Assembly: GCA_963739995.1 (NCBI GenBank)
Contig: CAVUCH010000001.1
Span: 153,521 to 217,520, forward strand
Origin: Vicinamibacteria bacterium
Lineage (GTDB): Bacteria; Acidobacteriota; Vicinamibacteria; Vicinamibacterales; JAENWD01
Length of the DNA: 64,000 nucleotides
Direction: 5' to 3'
In this document: piece by piece, positions 59,385 through 64,000 of the stretch
How positions within the stretch are numbered: position 1 is the stretch's first letter
Layout: every line of letters starts with the position of its first letter
Notes under the pieces: generated by a model
Told to the model about the DNA's origin: nothing
The model's input: the letters and a program-made list of their open reading frames with translations, nothing else
Databases searched by the model: none
Program-made: the position numbers and the translations under genes

Positions 59385-61105
59385 TGGCCGGGCGAGGTGG
59401 ATGCGGGAATGCAGGGGAGCTATTCGTCGAGGTTGATGTGGGTGATGTGACGATCGGATGGAGCCGCCGAGGACGGCTCGCGGCGGCGGTAGTGCTCGGC
59501 GCTCACCTGGTGAGCATCGTGGCTCCCGCGCATGCGCAGCAGACGCAGCGGTCGGGCGAGCCTCAGGCGGTCGCAGCCGCACCAACGCCGGGCGCGGCGA
59601 CGGTGCTGACGCTGGAGGACGCGCTGCGGCTGGCCAAGGACACGAGCGAGCAGGTAGACATCGCCGTGGCAGGCGTGACGCGGGCGGAAGCGGCGCGACA
59701 GCTCGCCAGGAGCGCGCGGCTGCCCCAATTGGACGCGGCGGCGTCCTACGACCGCGCGCTGAAGAGCGAGTTCGAGGGGCTCTTCGATGTGACGACGGAG
59801 CCATGCATTCCGCTGCAAGTGGACCCGAACGCGCCGCTCGAGGATCGGGTCGCGGAGCTCGAACGCGCGTACGACTGTCCACCATCGGGCGGCGACCCGT
59901 TTGGCGGGGACAACGTAGACCTGCCGTTCGGCCGCGCCAACACGTACCGTGCGGGGCTGGTGTTCTCGCAGTCTCTTTACAGCGGCGGGCGCATTCGGGC
60001 CCAGGAGCGGCAGGCGCTCTTCCGCCGCGATAACGCGCAGCTCGGTGTCACGTCGGCCCGGGCACAGACGCTGCTCGATGTGACGGAGGCGTTCTACGAC
60101 GCGGCCCTGTCAGACCGGCTCGTGCAGATCGCCGAGGAGACCTACGCCCAGGCGGACCGCTCGCTGGCGCAGGCGGGCGCGCAGCGACAGGCAGGCCGCG
60201 TGTCGGAGTTCGAGCTGCTTCAGGCCCAGGTCGCGCGCGACACGCTCCAGCCGTCCGTCGTGCGGGCGCGAGCGAATCGGGAGGTCAACTACCTCCGGCT
60301 GCGACAACTGCTCGAGCTGCCGCTCGATGCGCCGGTGTCGCTGCGCGCGGCGCTCGAAGATCCGGTGCTGCCGCCGCCCGCCGGTTTCGCACCCCAGATC
60401 GCCGAGGTGGAGGCAGGCCTTCCGCTCCGTGACCGCGTCAGCGTGACGCAGACGGCCAACGAGGTGGAGGCAGCCGAGCAGGACGTCGCAATCGCGCGAT
60501 CCCAGCGCAGACCAAACCTGTCGGTCAACTCGAACTATGGTCTCGTCACCTACCCGACCTCCGTGCCCGCCTTCGACGACTGGCGCACGAACTGGACGGT
60601 CGGCGCATTGGTGACCGTGCCAATCCTGAACGGCGGGCGAATCCGGGCTGACGAGGCGATCGCACGGGCCGGCGTGACGGAGGCCGAAGCGCGCCTGCGC
60701 CTCACGCGCGAGTTGGCGGCGCTCGACGCCGAGAGCGCACGGCAGGAGCTTCGCGCGGCCCGCGCCGAGTGGGAGGCCAGCGGCGCCACGATCCAGCAGG
60801 CCGCGCGCGCCTACGAGATTGCCGATCTGCGATATCGGGAGGGGCTCTCGACACAGCTGGAGCTGTCGGATTCACGACTCCTGCTCGCGGAGTCGGAGGT
60901 CACGCGTGCCCGAGCCGCGCGCGACTTGCAGGTACGTCGGATCCGACTTGCCCTGCTGCCCGAGCTGCCGCTGACCGGCGGCGCGCTGCCAGCGGTTGTC
61001 GCGGGCACCGCGGGGCAGCCGACCGCGCTGCAGCAGGCGCGCACGGGTCGATCGATCCGCACCGGGGGCACCGCCATCGGTGCCGGTGCGCAGGGAGGAC
61101 AGTAG
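59384..61105 (+). CDS. TolC family outer membrane efflux protein
   Basis: LTLEDALRLA, RLPQLD, QSLYSGG, RYREGLSTQLEL; real start may be GTG 59447. Confidence 0.9.
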   Translation: MAGRGGCGNAGELFVEVDVGDVTIGWSRRGRLAAAVVLGAHLVSIVAPAHAQQTQRSGEPQAVAAAPTPGAATVLTLEDALRLAKDTSEQVDIAVAGVTRAEAARQLARSARLPQLDAAASYDRALKSEFEGLFDVTTEPCIPLQVDPNAPLEDRVAELERAYDCPPSGGDPFGGDNVDLPFGRANTYRAGLVFSQSLYSGGRIRAQERQALFRRDNAQLGVTSARAQTLLDVTEAFYDAALSDRLVQIAEETYAQADRSLAQAGAQRQAGRVSEFELLQAQVARDTLQPSVVRARANREVNYLRLRQLLELPLDAPVSLRAALEDPVLPPPAGFAPQIAEVEAGLPLRDRVSVTQTANEVEAAEQDVAIARSQRRPNLSVNSNYGLVTYPTSVPAFDDWRTNWTVGALVTVPILNGGRIRADEAIARAGVTEAEARLRLTRELAALDAESARQELRAARAEWEASGATIQQAARAYEIADLRYREGLSTQLELSDSRLLLAESEVTRARAARDLQVRRIRLALLPELPLTGGALPAVVAGTAGQPTALQQARTGRSIRTGGTAIGAGAQGGQ

Positions 61106-61107
61106 GC

Positions 61108-62244
61108 ATGTCACGTTCGTTCTGGTCAGTCATGCGCACGAGGGCACTCCTCGGCCCGGTCGCGGCAGCGGCGATTGCCGCAACCGCATGCGCCGGGGAT
61201 GGGAGCTCGCAGGCTGCCGCAGCGGCGCCGCCGGCGGTGGTCGAGATCGGCGCCGAGAACGTCATCACGGTCGCTCCGTCCTCGATCAGCGTCGGCCCGC
61301 TCGTCTCGGGCGAGCTGCGTGCGCAGCGCGAGGCCACGGTCCGCGCCGAGATCGGCGGCTCGGTCGTGCAGGTCGTGCCCGAGGAAGGGCAACCGGTGAG
61401 GCAGGGCGCGCTGTTGGCGCGCATCGAGGCGCGGACGCAGCAGGACGCGTTCCTCTCGGCGCAATCCGCGGTGCGGTCCAGCGAGGAGGCGCTCCAGATC
61501 GCACAGCGCGAGCTCGAGCGCACCGAGCGTCTCGTGAAGGGCGGCGCGCTCGCGGAGCGTGATCTCGAGAGCGCCAGGAACGCCGCTATCTCGGCCCGCG
61601 CACAGCGTGACGATGCGCTGTCGCGGCTCTCGTTGGCCCAAAAGGCGATGAACGACGCGACGGTGCGATCGCCGATCACCGGCATCGTGTCCCGCCGGCA
61701 TGTGAACGCCGGGGATGTCGTGAGCCCGGGCGGCGAGCTCTACACGATTATCGACCCCTCGAGCATGCGGCTCGAGGCCTCCGTCTCGTCCGAGCAGATC
61801 GACTCGATCAAGATCGGCGCACCGGTGTCGTTCGAAGTGCGCGGGTACCCCGGACAGACCTTCGAGGGCCGGATCGAGCGCATCAGCCCGGCGGCAGATT
61901 CCGTGACGCGCCAGATCCCTATCTTCGTGGCCATTCCGAACACGGGCGGACGGCTGGTCGCCGGCCTCTTCGCCCAGGGGCGCGTGCTGCGCGAGATCCG
62001 CTCGGGTCTCGTCGTTCCCGCCGCCGCCGTGACCGAGCGGGGGGGCAAGGCCAGCGTGCTGCGCGTCCGCGACGGCAAGGCCGAGCGGGTGGACGTGACC
62101 CTCGGCCTGCGGGACGACCAGACCGAGCGCGTCGAGATTGCCTCCGGCATCGCAGAGGGTGATGTGCTGCTGGTCGGCGCCGCCCAGGGCATGACGCCGG
62201 GCACGCCCGTCCGCGTCCGGAACGGCTCACCGTCGGAGGAGTAG
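61108..62244 (+). CDS. RND efflux periplasmic adaptor (MFP), lipoprotein
   Basis: ATAC lipobox-like, EGQPVRQGALLA, VRSPITGIV, GRIERISP. Confidence 0.92.
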   Translation: MSRSFWSVMRTRALLGPVAAAAIAATACAGDGSSQAAAAAPPAVVEIGAENVITVAPSSISVGPLVSGELRAQREATVRAEIGGSVVQVVPEEGQPVRQGALLARIEARTQQDAFLSAQSAVRSSEEALQIAQRELERTERLVKGGALAERDLESARNAAISARAQRDDALSRLSLAQKAMNDATVRSPITGIVSRRHVNAGDVVSPGGELYTIIDPSSMRLEASVSSEQIDSIKIGAPVSFEVRGYPGQTFEGRIERISPAADSVTRQIPIFVAIPNTGGRLVAGLFAQGRVLREIRSGLVVPAAAVTERGGKASVLRVRDGKAERVDVTLGLRDDQTERVEIASGIAEGDVLLVGAAQGMTPGTPVRVRNGSPSEE

Positions 62245-62247
62245 CAG

Positions 62248-64000
62248 GTGTTCATCTCTGATTTCGCCATTCGGCGGCCGATCATCACGGTGGTCACGAT
62301 GATTGCGTTGTCGGTCTTCGGCGTGTTCGCGCTGGCGTCCCTGAAGACCGACGAGTTCCCAGACGTCTCTCCGCCGATCGTCTCGGTCGCGATCCCCTAC
62401 CCGGGCGCGTCGCCCGACACGGTCGAGCGTGAAGTCGTCGATCCGATCGAGGAGCAGATCTCGGCCATCAGCGGCGTCAAGCAGATCCAGTCGAATTCGC
62501 TGGACAGTTTCGGCGTGATCACGGTCGAATTCGCCTTCGAGAAGGACCTGCAGGAAGCGACGCAGGACATCCGCGACGGCATCTCGCAGATCCGGAACGA
62601 CCTGCCGACCGAGATGGAGGAGCCGATCCTGACGCGGTTCGATCCGAACGACTTGCCGATCGTGCAGCTGACCGCGGCCTCCCGGACGCTGTCGGGACCC
62701 GAGCTCACGCGGCTGGTCGATCCCGGCATCGTCCGCCAGCTGCGCGGCGTGACCGGCGTCGCGGAAGTGCGCGTGGTCGGCGGCATCGAGCGCGAGATGA
62801 CGATCGAGCTGAAGCCGCGGGCCCTCGAGGCGGCAGGGGTGAGCGTCGCGGAGGTCGTCCAGGCCCTGCAGGCGCAGAACCTGGCCGCACCCGTGGGGCG
62901 GCTGAACGGCTCGCTGGACGAGCGCACGATCCGGCTCAAGGGGCGGCTGGACACGCCGGCCGACTTCGCGCAGCTGGTCGTAACGCAGCGCAACGGCCGG
63001 CTCGTGCGCCTGGGGGACGTGGCTGAAGCGCGCGACGGCACGGAGGAGCCGCGCACCGCGGCACTCTTCAACGGCCGTGCGGCGGTGGGCATCGACATCA
63101 TCAAGGCGGACGAATACAGCGCCACCGACGTCAGCGGCCGCGTGGCGAAGCAGGTCGACCGGATCAAGGCGACGTTGCCCGCCGGCGTGGAGTTGATCAC
63201 GGCCCGGGACGCGGGCCCGCGTGTCGCCAACTCGGTGGCGGACGTCCAGGGCGCGCTGATCGAAGGAGCGCTCCTCACGGTTCTCGTCGTGTTCCTGTTC
63301 CTGAACTCGTGGCGCTCGACGGTGATCACCGGCCTGGCGCTACCCGTCTCGGTGCTCGCCTCCTTCGTGGCGGTCTGGGCCTTCGGGTTCACGCTGAACA
63401 CGATGTCCCTGCTCGGCCTCTCGCTCGCGATCGGCATCCTCATCGACGATGCGATCGTCGTGCGGGAGAACATCGTGCGGCACGTCGAGATGGGAAAGAG
63501 CCATTACACGGCGGCACGCGAGGGGACGGCCGAGATCGGCCTCGCCGTGGCCGCGACCACGTTCTCGATCGTGGTGGTCTTCGTGCCGATCGCGTTCATG
63601 GGCGATCTCGCGGGGCAATGGTTCCAGCCATTCGCCCTCACAATCGCCTGCTCGGTGCTCGTGTCGCTGTTTGTGTCGTTCTCGCTCGATCCGATGCTGT
63701 CGGCCTACTGGCCCGACCCGCACCTCGAACCGCACCAGCGGTCGTGGCTGGGGCGGCTGCTCGTGCGGTTCAATAACTGGTTCGATCGGCAGGCCGAGGG
63801 CTACAAGCGCGTGATCGGGTGGGCACTCGATCACCGCTTCGCGATGGCCGGCCTCGCCGTGCTCTCGCTCGTTGGCGCCCTTGCGCTGCCGGCCACCGGC
63901 ATCGTCGGCGGGGCGTTCTTTCCCGACGCCGACAACTCAGAGATGCTCATCAACGTCGAAACCCCGCCGGGTTCGAATCTCGACTACACGATCCTGAAGG
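62248..64000 (+). CDS. RND efflux permease (AcrB/AcrD/AcrF family), 3'-partial
   Basis: MFISDFAIRRP.., YPGASP, LNTMSLLGLSLAIGILIDDAIVVRENI; open to the window end. Confidence 0.95.
   Translation, partial: MFISDFAIRRPIITVVTMIALSVFGVFALASLKTDEFPDVSPPIVSVAIPYPGASPDTVEREVVDPIEEQISAISGVKQIQSNSLDSFGVITVEFAFEKDLQEATQDIRDGISQIRNDLPTEMEEPILTRFDPNDLPIVQLTAASRTLSGPELTRLVDPGIVRQLRGVTGVAEVRVVGGIEREMTIELKPRALEAAGVSVAEVVQALQAQNLAAPVGRLNGSLDERTIRLKGRLDTPADFAQLVVTQRNGRLVRLGDVAEARDGTEEPRTAALFNGRAAVGIDIIKADEYSATDVSGRVAKQVDRIKATLPAGVELITARDAGPRVANSVADVQGALIEGALLTVLVVFLFLNSWRSTVITGLALPVSVLASFVAVWAFGFTLNTMSLLGLSLAIGILIDDAIVVRENIVRHVEMGKSHYTAAREGTAEIGLAVAATTFSIVVVFVPIAFMGDLAGQWFQPFALTIACSVLVSLFVSFSLDPMLSAYWPDPHLEPHQRSWLGRLLVRFNNWFDRQAEGYKRVIGWALDHRFAMAGLAVLSLVGALALPATGIVGGAFFPDADNSEMLINVETPPGSNLDYTILK

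Overview
High-GC bacterial chromosome segment. The gene families (PEP-CTERM, BNR/VPS10 hydrolase, Tat Gfo/Idh/MocA, characteristic small proteins and integrases) suggest Acidobacteriota/Vicinamibacteria; this is an inference. Main contents: DegT aminotransferase, acyP, apt; an accessory zone (~5.3-11.9 kb) in which tRNA-Arg(CCT) sits between two tyrosine-integrase remnants, each with a candidate att duplication (one at the tRNA 3' end, one unusually at its 5' end, separating the tRNA from a candidate native promoter); secreted hydrolases; a PolX-like PHP protein lacking the polymerase core; a hybrid histidine kinase; a complete nine-gene heme operon (hemA-C-D-B-L-E-N-H-Y) headed by a His-containing membrane ORF ending in the ribosome-arrest motif RAPP; a 166-bp palindromic MITE-like element; a cold-shock gene; a coupled nucleotidyltransferase-fold + EEP gene pair; a dynamin-like GTPase; an exported deacetylase/kinase-like/phosphoesterase operon; an M16 peptidase; a cluster of Cys-rich microproteins including a metallothionein; ADP-ribosylglycohydrolase; CPA2 antiporter; ppx-ppk1-dksA; and a TetR-TolC-MFP-RND efflux operon running off the right end. 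Several single-base frameshifts (hemA, acyP, DUF6766, DUF1003, PIG-L, integrase) look like long-read indel errors. All calls are by eye from motifs; no database searches were run.
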